Below are positions 11,901-23,400 of a stretch of 48,449 nt of DNA, in pieces (position 1 is the first letter of the stretch; each line of letters starts with the position of its first letter). This DNA is from Klebsormidium nitens (taxonomy: Eukaryota; Plantae; Klebsormidiophyceae), in the NCBI GenBank assembly GCA_000708835.1, contig DF237586.1:1-48449 (forward strand), written 5' to 3'. Below the pieces are notes generated by a model. The model searched no databases and was not told the DNA's origin. It was given only the letters and a program-made list of their open reading frames with translations. The position numbers and the translations under genes are program-made.

Positions 11901-12722
11901 GCACGGGCTGCTTCAACCGCAAAGTTGGCCCTTGCTGCCTACATAGAGGAGAGAGACATGGCTGAGCTTACCATGTGAGAGCAAACCAGGATGTTTGACT
12001 TTCATGACATTGTTGTGACAATGTTACAACCGTCCCAAGCTGCAGCTTGCTGGAAGAGTGGGGTAAATTTATAAAGACACTGAGCCTGATCCAGAAGGCT
12101 TTGATAGACACCGATCCACAGTATCTTCGAGCTTCTGTTAAGTAGACAAAGCTGGGGGTTCAGATTAAGAACGGAAGGGCTTGCTCATCTTAAGTGGTCG
12201 AGCAGAACTCACCTTGGAGTATTCAACACTGACCCCATCGTTGTGCATCAGGTCGTGCAACACGAAGCGCTGGGGTTGTCCGTCCAATTCAACAGACTGC
12301 CCGTCCGAGCACTGATCCCCAACTTCTACTGCATCTGTGCCCCCAGTGCTGGCACACACCCATCGAACCAACCTATACGAACTGCCACCAAACCTGGCTT
12401 TCTGTGAACCGAAGCGGCAAGCACCACCACTTGAAGACACAGCTGCTGGCAACTCAGACAGATCCGTCTTCTTCAAACCAGCACAGGCGCCAATGTGACC
12501 AAATGTCGTATTCTTTCCCATCTGGTGGAGCACCATGCTTCTGACCGATGTTACGGGCAACTTGGTATGGCTCTCCTTCAATAGCATTGCAGCTTCTCCA
12601 CCAATGCTTTCGCAACTTCCAAACGAGACTTGTGGGTGCTCCTGGAAACTGCTTGATTGCCTTGCAAACCCGCAATGGCCATGGCTCTGACGCAGCAGGC
12701 CCGCTGCCATAGCATTGGTCAT
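8963..12722 (-). CDS. SirB1 N-terminal / Transglut_core2 family protein (At4g19160-like) with a predicted plastid transit peptide, 8 exons
   Basis: LDLARAALEIAAEDDALVSHSVVPLPVESYLSRLD, DDPRESYLNGVLTRRVG, RLKRGIWTSVGAGDLRRALAASERL and LRDYGVLLFHCG, ending PW*. The start is ATG 12722 or 12710. Confidence 0.88.
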
Positions 12723-13072
12723 CAGCACCCTTTCACAACAGGCTCTCGAACCCTCACATTCGGCTTGATGGCCAAGTGCGAAATCCTGAACTGGCTTTGT
12801 CAACTCTCTCGATCAGGACTCTGCTCTAGCCTACTAGGTAGTACTAGTACTAGGACTGCATGGACATCCTTGTCTGGTGATCAAGAGGAAGAGCATGTGG
12901 GCACTTCCCCCTGCGCCATGCACGGACAAGGCATGTTCTCAGCTATTAACGAGAACGATAATAGATGAGCGCAGTGCGAAGCACTGCGAATTGATGAAGT
13001 GAGAGGAGAAAGTGTAGTAGGCAAAGTCGGCTCGTGCAGGCTCTCACAGATATAAAGCCGCGTTTCGGGTTA

Positions 13073-13100
13073 AGAGGTTCTCGTTAAGCAGAGAACCTCT
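13073..13100. repeat. Inverted repeat agaggttctc-N8-gagaacctct in the SirB1/LptG divergent promoter
   Basis: Perfect 10-bp arms at 13073-13082 and 13091-13100. A TATAAA lies at 13051-13056. Confidence 0.85.
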
Positions 13101-13371
13101 GTTTTCGACTAACTACGAACGTCGAAAACTATCAAATTTGCCGACTTTGTGCGCAGTGTTTGGTCACCTGGCAGTGGCAGTGGATGCTGGACGTTTTGAT
13201 ACTTCCTCTTGCATTGCATTCATCAGCGGGCATCAGCGCCCTCTAGCTTGTGCGGTGGTGACACTCCTGAGTCAGCACTGGGCGGATCAAGCAGTGTGCC
13301 CATGAGTGGGCCATGTTGAGCTGCATTTCTGAGAAGCGAAGAGCCTTAGAGGCTTCCACCAAGTCGATGCA

Positions 13372-16300
13372 ATGGGGTGCACGGACCTTCTCGCGAAACC
13401 CCTGAAAGCAACTCATCCATGTGGCCAATGTCAATCACGAGAGAGACAGCCAAAAGCGTTGGGTGGTGCGTATAATCGTGCGCATTGGAGCAGTCTGCCC
13501 TATAGCCCCCACTGTTTGAGGGGGTTTTGGCTCTCAGATGCTTTGCGAAAGCCGCACGCTGGGTTCTCAAGGGGAAAAAGAAGTAAAGAGAGAAGTACAG
13601 AGGGATTTCAATCGCCGTCATGCTCTGCAACCAAGCAATCAGACAATCTGAGTTGCAGGTCAAATCTAAGTGTACCCTCCAGTTCATGGCCAGTCCTTGA
13701 TCAATATCTGCTGCAAGAGCTGATTCAGCCCCTGCTGTATGGGCTGCTTGCATTCTCCAGCTTGGCAGTTTCAATAGGTGAGACTTCTGCTCATTTTAGC
13801 GATGTTGCTTGTTGGGGCAATCTTGAAGTGGTCTTCATTTCAGGAGGGCTTTGGGAGGTTCACCGATCGTGGCCCCCATCTTCTCTATAAAATGCTTCTT
13901 TGCCTAATGCAGCAAGCCTTACGCAGCTCTTCAAGGATTCAATACCCTTTCATTGATGCTCGAAGTAGCTGCCGATGCCCTTTCAACTGTTCTCAGGAAC
14001 ATCGGGCGAGGTCTCCGCAGTACTGTCCAAACTCTCAGGACTTGCTGGGGCAAGAGCCGCTGCCATGGTACTTATCCTCAGGATTCCGGTGAGCCTCTCA
14101 AGTATCCTGATCCAAACCATCTCACAATGTTTCGAATTTGGCTTATCATGTTTATCTGTGTTTGAAGATTCTGCCTGTCGGAAGTCCAAACGGAAGATCA
14201 TGCTGGTGGCCACAGATGTTTCTGAACCAATTCGCTTGGGAACGTCAGCTGTCCCTGATGCTGTGATCGGCCTCGTTGTGCAGCACTTCCTTGCCTTGGC
14301 TCTTCCAATGGCATCCTTGCTGGCGCCTTTACTAGCTTTCGGAAGGCTTGGAGCAAGCAGCGAAATAGTAGGTACAAGGAAGGCTCACAAACCTCTACAG
14401 TCATTTTCATTTCGCAGGGAAGCCTTGGAGATCAGATGCGCTCACAGTTCCAGAACTTTCTCGTCTTAACTTCAACTGTGTGTGAACCCACCTCCTGCGT
14501 GTGGACCTGCATGCTGTTCGAAGTTGCTGCAAAACTTCTTCAGATTCATCACCAAGAATGTCCAGCTTCAATAGGAAGCCGTTTGATCAGTAAGCGTGTT
14601 CTTTCATAATCTTACTCTTTTTCTGTTATTTGCAGCACTGCAATCGAGTGGCGTGAAAACCATACGGATGGTTGTGCCAGCGGCCCTCCTCTTCCTTGGA
14701 GTCACACTTGTTAACCTCCTCCTTTCTGAAGTGAGTCGAACAAGCATATCTTTCACCAATGTCGAAAATATCCTTCCCCTCTACACTATGTATTCTGCTA
14801 GATACCAAAAAAGCGTTTCTTATGAGCAGAGCCAACTGCACCAAATGATTTTTATCCTCAATCGCTTGCAACAACTAGCACAATCTGCACACTCTGTTCT
14901 TCTTTCTGTTTAGAAGTTTGCATTTGACAATCTTCAGTGCTCTGCAGGGAGTGGCGCCGTTTGCGAATGCGAGGTCCACGCTCCTTGTCGAGACCCCCTC
15001 CGACGTCCGGTTCGTTCATCGCAAAGTACGGGCTTCCTGCCTCGAATTCGGTCGGAAGTTTTGCTGCCTCCTGCTTCGAGCACATGGCTGCTTGTTTCGA
15101 AATATCAGCAGCCATCTGCATTGCTTTCCTTCGACCAGCCAGGTTCTGAACCTGCGCTTGATTTGGACGAGTGAAAACCGCAGCTCGGGAGGGCCAGACC
15201 TCTTTGGAGCTCTCTCGCTTTTCGACCCCATCAGTTGCCACTGTTTACAGGCACGCTCTACGCCTCTCGTGGCGTCCAGGCACCCCATCGTGTATCCTGA
15301 GTTCCACAAGGACGGCGGCCTCGCCCGCCTCTTCTTTGCCCGCCGATTCGATAGCTCCCGCATGCTGGACGTTACTCTTGTCGAGATGCAACCAAGTCCT
15401 GAGCCCGAAACCACAACCAGCGACCCTGCCCAGCTGTCCTTCGCAAGTGGGACCGTCCACAGTCCTCCTGATCAGAGTGCACGCAGCAGTGTGGAGAAGA
15501 CGGAGCTATCGAAAGGTAACAAGGCCCAAAGAGTGTCGAGAGCAGTCTTAGCGAAGGCTGCTCGGTGGCAGGGAGACGGTCGCGGCTGGATCTTTCTTGA
15601 AGGGGCGGAATACTGCTATGACGGAGATCGAGTGAGTGGCCCCAGTAACAGCGCCCCAACGTTACCCAAGTTACTACATGAGCAACGTTCCCTTCAAGAG
15701 CTCCACACATTTCAGCAAAAAGGTGAGTTGCGAATCCTGGTTCCTCCCCACCGCTGAAGTCGCCGTTTTGAAAATATTTGGGGCCACCTGTACCATTGAG
15801 GATAGCCTTGTTTCTCCAAGTTCCTCATCTAGTGGCTTTTTGTGCTCAAAGACGGCCTCGTCAATTCGCATCGCTTTGGCGCCCCCTGTGCAAACCTATA
15901 TGCGGCGGGCTGTCTCGTTACTGGCCCCCTGATCGAGATTGTCTCCTCGTCGTGCAGCCGTATTTGACCTAGCCCACACGCCCATTGACCTCGCCCAAGC
16001 CGCCGGCCGCAACTTCGACGACATGTCGCTCGCTCAGGTAAGGCGCACCCCCTCATCCGACGCCGTCATGTTCGTGGGGATCTCGAAGCAAGAAACCTCC
16101 TCTCGAATTCCGATCGCTGTAGTGCAAAGTGTTAAATCCAAGTTACCGAAGTGCAAGCGTAAAGGCGAAAGCACGCGACGAATCGCAACCCTCACGTTGG
16201 ACACCGTTCTAAGCTTGCCTCAATTGTCGGCTTGAGCACGACGTCCTTCTCGGGTAACACAACCGTACATATTGCAGGTGACGTCCCTCCAGAAGATGTT

Positions 16301-17225
16301 CGAGAGCAGTAGGAACGTCAAAGAAAGCCGGAAAATGAAGGTACGACGATTCAAAGCACTCATTTGCCTTGCGGATTCGTCACTTGATTGCCGAGGCATG
16401 CGTCTCTTCCATTTTTTATGCTACGAGATTCCTTTCGATTCTTCGACCGCAATCGACGACGTACTTCCATCCTACGCTCCCTCCGTGCAGCTCAAGATGC
16501 ATCAGCGGCTTGCCCTGCCCTTTGCGTGCTTCGTCTTCGGCGTCTTGGGCTCGCTCGTCAGTCTGCGGCTCCCGAGCGATCAAAAGCGGGTGAGCAAGGC
16601 GAGCCGAATTGGTTTATGCTCGAGGTATGGCCTTACGCACGTGCACGGTTCCAACCGCGCTTCCTGCCAAAGCGACACAAACGCTTTCCTTAACATAAAG
16701 CGCTGAGTCTGACAGAGTGACAAGAACCAATACGTTTCCGGCGCAATTTCGGCGTTCAGGATAAGCAGGGGGCATTCTGACTCATGTCTCCTTTATCAGG
16801 TGGGATTCGCCCTGACTCTCGCCATCGTCTTCGGGTACTATGCCATGTCTGTGACCGGCTCCGTTCTGGCACAGGTGAGAGGCTCACGTATCGACCGGTT
16901 GCGACATTACGAACTCTGCCTGAACTATTGGAGTGCAACTGGCCAGCGTCATTAGAATCTCGCTCCATGTCTGCACTTTGAATACGGTGCAACCGATGAT
17001 AGTTGCATCTCGACGTTTGCCCTTCCCAAACCATGGACCACTTGGAAACGGGAAGGTTTGCAAGTCCGCGATTTGGCTCTGCTTGCTTTGCTTCAAGCCG
17101 AGACATATATTTGCTCTTCTCTTGAATGCCTGCAGTTGGTGGTCGTTCCCCCGCTAGTGGGAGCCTGGCTCCCAAATCTTTTTGGTGCGGCAAGTGCTGT
17201 TTCCTTGTTCCTTGAGCGCGAATAA
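13372..17225 (+). CDS. LptF/LptG (YjgP/YjgQ) family permease, cyanobacterial type, with a long N-terminal presequence, about 10 exons
   Basis: LDQYLLQELIQPLLYGL, LALPMASLLAPLLAFGRLGASSEIVALQSSGV, IVYPEFH...RLFFARRFD, HQRLALPFACFVFGVLG and GAWLPNL. The exact start is uncertain. Confidence 0.9.
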
Positions 17226-17490
17226 GCGACGTCCGTTCCAGTTGCTCGTTCTCTTTTGGACTCATTCTTCTGCATCGGCAAACAAGGATGCTTTCCTCCA
17301 ACCAATGAATGAGAATGTCCAATCACGGAGCGGTGATATGAAGCTGAGCAATAGGCAACACTTTGATTTTGCAATTCAGTAACATTCAGGATGGGACGCA
17401 CTGTGTAGCAAACGGCCTATTTCAGATATCTTGGCATGGAAGCCAGCCTACGCCACATGTTGACTCTAGTTTAATATACTGCGGCACACC

Positions 17491-17508
17491 GCCGCAGTGC
17501 ACTGCGGC
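17491..17508. repeat. Perfect 18-bp palindrome gccgcagtgcactgcggc
   Basis: Self-complementary; cggca/tgccg flanks extend the stem past a bulge. Confidence 0.9.
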
Positions 17509-17679
17509 ATGCCGGCCGGTCAGTGGGTTACTGCAAATCATGGTATTGCACAGCTTATGTTCCGATGCGACATATGCAACCCGGACAAACATGCACGTGC
17601 CATGGTTTTTCCTCAGGCATGCATGTTTTCTTTTACATTTACACATGGCGGCACACCGTATGAGACATCTGGCGAGCCA

Positions 17680-17700
17680 TGCAAATTGCAAATTGCAAAT
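17680..17700. repeat. (TGCAAAT)3 tandem heptamer
   Basis: Read directly from the sequence. Confidence 0.9.
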
Positions 17701-18278
17701 TTCCGACTATAGAAGAAGAGCTCCCTAGGACTTCACTAAGTTGCTATATAGAATAGTGATATATTCGTTGAAGGCGCAAGCGCGGCTCTGGCACGCATGT
17801 ATGTGCTGCGAGTTCAAGCGGAATCAAGCGGACAGCTTGCATGCAACATTGCGCGCCCGTGATGGTCTCAAATTCATTACCATGTTATTATGTCAATCAA
17901 ACCGATGAAGTCGGCAGCCATCAATCTTGAATGCCTCCATGTTTTTCGAACAAGGTGAATTGAAGATGCATCATCCCTTCGTTACACCTAGATCCGGATT
18001 GATCCTACATGTCGCTGCTCTATGACGATTAATGACCATGAGATGTGATGGTTCGAGCTACTCTTACACGTGCTTCTTGGTCTCAACTTAAAGTGGATTT
18101 ATCATTTTCAATACCTTCCGACGACCAAAACACGAGGTCATATTATACTGGATCCTAAGCTCCCCATGATTCGGCCAGAATGGGTCCCCTTCGACTCCTG
18201 GAAATTTCAGTAGCAGGCTTCAACCAGGAACACACGAAAACCGATGGCCATGGAGGCACTTCAATGAGTTGCTCTTTT

Positions 18279-19716
18279 TTAGACATCTAGGTTTGACAGA
18301 GGAGCCAAGGGACTGTCCTCATCACTCGGACTTTGTGGTTCCAATATTTCCGTACCAATGAAAAGCCACCGACCCTCCTCCTTTACAAAACGACTCCTCT
18401 CAGTTATATGCCTATCTATGCCCCTTCCCAAAGAGAAGTCGAATCTAAAGGTTACAAAAGCCTGCAAGAACAAGCAACTTTCTGACAATCCTGATACTGA
18501 GAGTAAGGACAGAGCATCTATGGAGCATCATCCTATCAATCAAATCCTCATGTATGCTTCAGAGATAAGGGCATTGCAATAGACAAGAAGAAGCAGCTTC
18601 CAAGCACGCTTGTCCTAACATGCTTACCTCGTTTTCACCATTCGTGGAATCTTGAATATCTAACTTTTTGAATCTGACCCTGTTAGTTGTGTCCCGAACG
18701 CTTTTCCTCATGGTGTCATAATCTGTGGAGGCAAACAGGCGGATAATGCTTGGAAACTTTGCAAGAAACAATAGCCAAGCAGGGGAGTACAGTTTCGGAG
18801 CAGATGGGTGAGGGTGTAGGAAGAGCTCATCTAAGGTTGATAAGAAGGGCACGACATTTTAATATGCAAGCGAATCTTACTTTTTGTCTGGGGCAGGATA
18901 CTAAGCACAATCCGCTAATCCTAGTAAAGACTGCCAAGACTGGTGCCCTCTTGCTGCAATTAGGAATTCGGTCAGCATGCAATCAGTGCCTGTTTTTAAT
19001 GGGCGGTGTGAAAGAGGAACTTCGGAGCATAACCTTGCACCATCTGTTAAAGTCTGACTGGTACCTGGATGATCAGGATGCGTCGTGTCCACTAAGTAGT
19101 CTACGAGGCCTTTGACGTATGCTGTGTACCTGGATCCTGCACATGAGCAGCACGGCGTTCTTGAGAACGTTGCAAGCTGCAACAAAGTATGGGCATAACC
19201 TCAAGTTTCGCTCTCTGACCATTGGCATCTGACTACCTTACAGTTTCAAAGCTGGGAGTGCAACTAATCCTAGCTATGTAAATAAAGTGAAAGGTGCTTA
19301 CTCATGAGCAGCAATGCAGTTGTAGGAACGAGGCCCTTCTTATGGAACCTTGCGCAACAGGTCTGATACCTGTCCTTTTCTACACCACCACCACATGGGC
19401 AGACATCTGTTGGCAAGCGTTTTGAATTCTGCATCTCCCAAAGAGCCTTGGACTTCAACCCGCCTTTGGACCCTGCTCGGATTGCCAAGCATTTCTGCCG
19501 AGTTTCTAACAAGCTGACAGATTCCGCTATCCTCAAGCCAGGGGGTAGAAGTTTTCTTCGAAAGGTCTTGTGCATTGGATGCCAAATACCAATGCTGGCA
19601 CTAGATTCGTGCCAAGAGGGCTTGCTAGAGTCCTCCGGAACATTTTGACCGTTCACCCACAGCTTGCTCTGGCTGCTCCTCTGCAAGATACTGTTCTGGA
19701 TGGTGGCGCCAGCCAT
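18279..19716 (-). CDS. SEC-C motif / YchJ (UPF0225) family protein with a predicted transit peptide, 4 exons
   Basis: CPCGGG...YQTCC (SEC-C), LMRSRYTAY, YLVDTTHPD, AFVTF and ERSRFVKEEGRWLFI. Confidence 0.92.
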
Positions 19717-20483
19717 GAAACAAAATGAGCAATGGGCAGAATTAAGTTGTATCTTACTTAATGTGCAGTCATGAGGACTACAAGTAACTGCATTGGGCCT
19801 TCAAGGTTTCGCTGTGGCACCACCCAGCTCCTTGATAATGACAATGTTCTGCTGGCTCTGAGTCTGCTGCCCACAGGCATCTTTCTCCAGGCATCTTTCT
19901 TCAGTTTCTGCTGGCTGTCATCAGATATCAACTCGCTTATCATTTATGCTCGGGTCTTGTGTGAACCATACGGACGCAGACAAGGTCCTAAAATGGCCGT
20001 CATATGACTCATATTATCCGTACCTAATATTATTTTCCCAAGTACCATATCGACCATGCTCTAAGCTGGCCCAATTTAACTGACGCGAAGAGTTCGAGAT
20101 TTGGCAATCTACGTGGCTTATACTGTCTCGCTTATGTACGTGCCCAGGTCAGCATTTTAGACCAATAGCTACTCTGGCAGACTCAATATTGCAAGGTTCA
20201 GGTTGACGAACTGCCGTCCCTTTCGCCCTAGCTGGGCCTGGGACTCGCTAGATTAGGTGGAGATTTCTGAACCATGAGAGATGTACACTGTCTGCTAGGT
20301 GACAGGTCGCCTGTGGTCGCATACAGCTTCGATCAGGGCAGCTAGCGTTGATTGTAGCCAAGCAATCTGGTGTTTGATCAGCGCAGATAGGTTACATTGA
20401 TTCTTTGTGGAGGCGACAACTGCGGAGAGGGAGGTCTTCGCTGGCAAACTTAAATCTCTCGAAGTCCATTTCAAGGAGGCAAC

Positions 20484-23400
20484 ATGGCTTTAGTAAATCC
20501 ACGAGACAAGAAGGATGAGGACCGAGACGACGAGAGTAAGTTTGACTGGAAGGCATTGAGTGCAGCATCTGAGGCCAGTGTAACTTTTTACCTTATGATC
20601 TTGCTGCCACTGTGTTGGCCTAGTCTGTTATGGTTCGTGAGCAGGCCTGGATTTCCGAGCTTGCTTGTAAGCGCCCAATTGGCATCTCTAGAGTCGTCCG
20701 CCGCTGTACACCAACAGTGTCTGTTGTCTTGCAGCCGAGTATTCCCCTTTCTTCGGTATTGAGAAGGGTGCAGTCCTGCAAGAAGCGCGGGTTTTCAACG
20801 ACCCTCAATTGGACACACGGAGATGTCAGCAGGTCAGCCGCCCCTCCTTATGTGAAGAGTTGCCAATGTTTCGATAAGTCAGGATCCAGTGCAATGCATT
20901 GCAGCTGAATTGATGGTTCCGCACTGTTACTCGAGCTCCATTTGGGCCCATCTTGTGTGGGATCAGATCCTAGTGAAGTTATGGACATTTGTGAATTTTA
21001 GTGGTCGGGTGGGGCTGCAATCAGTCTGCAACGCTCATATTGAAAGCCCATTCTTGGAATTCCTACTGCATTCAGGTTATCACAAAGCTGCTGTACCTGC
21101 TCAACCAAGGAGAGAGTTTCACCAAGGTAAGACTCCATCGGGATTGAGGTTGGCCCGTCAAGGGCATTCTCGGAGATATGATATCCTGCGTGCTATCAAA
21201 TCCAGAATCTATTATCTGCTTATGATGGTGAGGTCTCATGTATACTTCATGTCTTGCCAGTAAGCTCTCTCTTGATTGTGATACAGACGGAGGCAACCGA
21301 GGTGTTCTTTGCGACGACCAAGCTTTTCCAGTCCAAAGATATTGCGCTTCGACGGATGGTTTATCTCATGATCAAGGAAATTACACCATCTGCTGACGAG
21401 GTGAGCTTCTCTACCTGGGGCTGCGCTTATCTTGGAAGCTGCTTTTCGTTATGCTGATGACAATCTCTCATCAATCTTAATGTTAGATGCTCACATGTAC
21501 AAACATCCTGATTGCCTGTCAAAAGCCTTAAGATTGAGCATATGAAGGTCCCAGACCATATGGAAGGCTAGTGTGCTTAAATTGGGAGGGAACGCTGCTT
21601 CTGCTCTCTGCAGGTGATCATCGTGACGAGCTCGCTCATGAAGGATATGAACAGCAAGACAGACCTGTACAGAGCCAATGCGATAAGAGTTCTCTGCAGA
21701 ATCATTGATGGAGGTCTGCTGGGGCAGATCGAAAGGTATTTGAAGCAGGCAGTTGTGGACAAGAACCCCATTGTGGCAAGCGCAGCGCTCGTCAGCGGAA
21801 TCCATCTTTTGAAGGTGAGCTCAGCTCGTGTGACCTATGTCAGAAGCCGGGGGTTTGCAGGTCAGTCATGAGGTTGCCCGTATGTTCTGCCCACTCGCTT
21901 ACTTGCCCTTCCAACTATACGGTTCCTCATCGGTGGGTTATGAACTACTCTGAGGACTCATGCCCACATCTTGCGCTGTACAGAACAACCCGGAGATCGT
22001 GAAAAGGTGGAGCAACGAGGTGCAGGAGGCTGTAAACTCAAAGGCGCCACTTGTCCAGTTTCACGCGCTGGCATTGCTCCACCAGGTGAGAAGTGCCTTC
22101 TAATCATGTCCTGACACGTTGCATCCATTCTGCAGTTTCCAGATCACAGTTACGTAAGACATTTGCAAAGCATGTATCTTCCAATTAGGCACTCAACTCT
22201 CAATTGGTGTGACCCGTTGGACGAGGTGCCAAGGCTGATGTTTGGTGCCTTCCACTTGTGCAGATCCGCCAGAACGACAGATTGGCCGTCAGTAAGCTGG
22301 TAACCAGTCTCACCAGGGGCAACGTCCGGTCGCCGCTGGCCCAGTGCTTGCTGATCCGCTACACTGTGCAGGTGAGTCGGTTCTTACTATTGTAGACAGT
22401 GCACTCTCGGGCTGCCTCTCAGTGACTTGGAGATGATGCTTTGGCGCTCAGATCGTTGAAGCATCAATCGCCCTTGCTTCCTCCTTGTGAACAACTCTGC
22501 ATTTTGCGGCACAGGTGATCCATGAAGCTTCTGGCATCAGCTCATCGGGTGGCGAGCGGCCCTTCTATGAGTTCCTCGAGGGCTGCCTGCGCCACAAGGC
22601 AGAGATGGTCATCTTTGAGGCCGCCCGGGCAATCACGCAGCTGGAGGGGGTCACCAGCCGCGAGCTGACACCAGCCATCACAGTCCTCCAGGTATGGGTG
22701 TTCCCAACCAGCAGGAGTTGAGCCACACCAGGTGGCGCTGTGCTTGCTGTCATCTGGCCTGGTAGCCAGTGTGTCGAAGGGCTGTCACTGGGCAGATGCT
22801 CTGTGGGCAACGTGACTCACAGGAGTTTGAGATAAAGGCATACCCAGCACAGCTGTGATTGCATCTAATACGGTTTATGTCTTCGTGCAGCTGTTCCTGA
22901 GCTCCTCCAAGCCAGTGTTGCGCTTCGCTGCTGTCAGGACTCTGAACAAGGTGAGACATGTGCTCGTGTGCATCTTTGAGTGTATTCGGCCCGGATGTGT
23001 GCTCTTGGCTTGAACTCCCCTTGTCCAAGATTCGCGGTCGAAGTCTCAAATCGGCACTTCCCTAGCAGGTCGCAATGACGCACCCGCTGGCCGTGACCAA
23101 CTGCAACATCGACATGGAGAGCCTGATCAGCGATCAGAATCGGAGCATTGCGACGCTTGCCATCACGACGCTGCTCAAGACGGGCAACGAGTCGAGCGTA
23201 GACCGCCTGATGAAGCAGATTACCAACTTCATGTCGGACATTGCGGACGAGTTCAAGATCACCGTGGTGGAAGCCATCCGCTCGCTGTGCCTCAAGTTCC
23301 CCCAGAAGTACCGCACCCTGTAAGGCTCCCCTTCCTTCTGAACTCGCAGCTTGGGCGAGACATCGTCAATCTCGGCATCCAAGTTGCGGGGTTGACTCTC

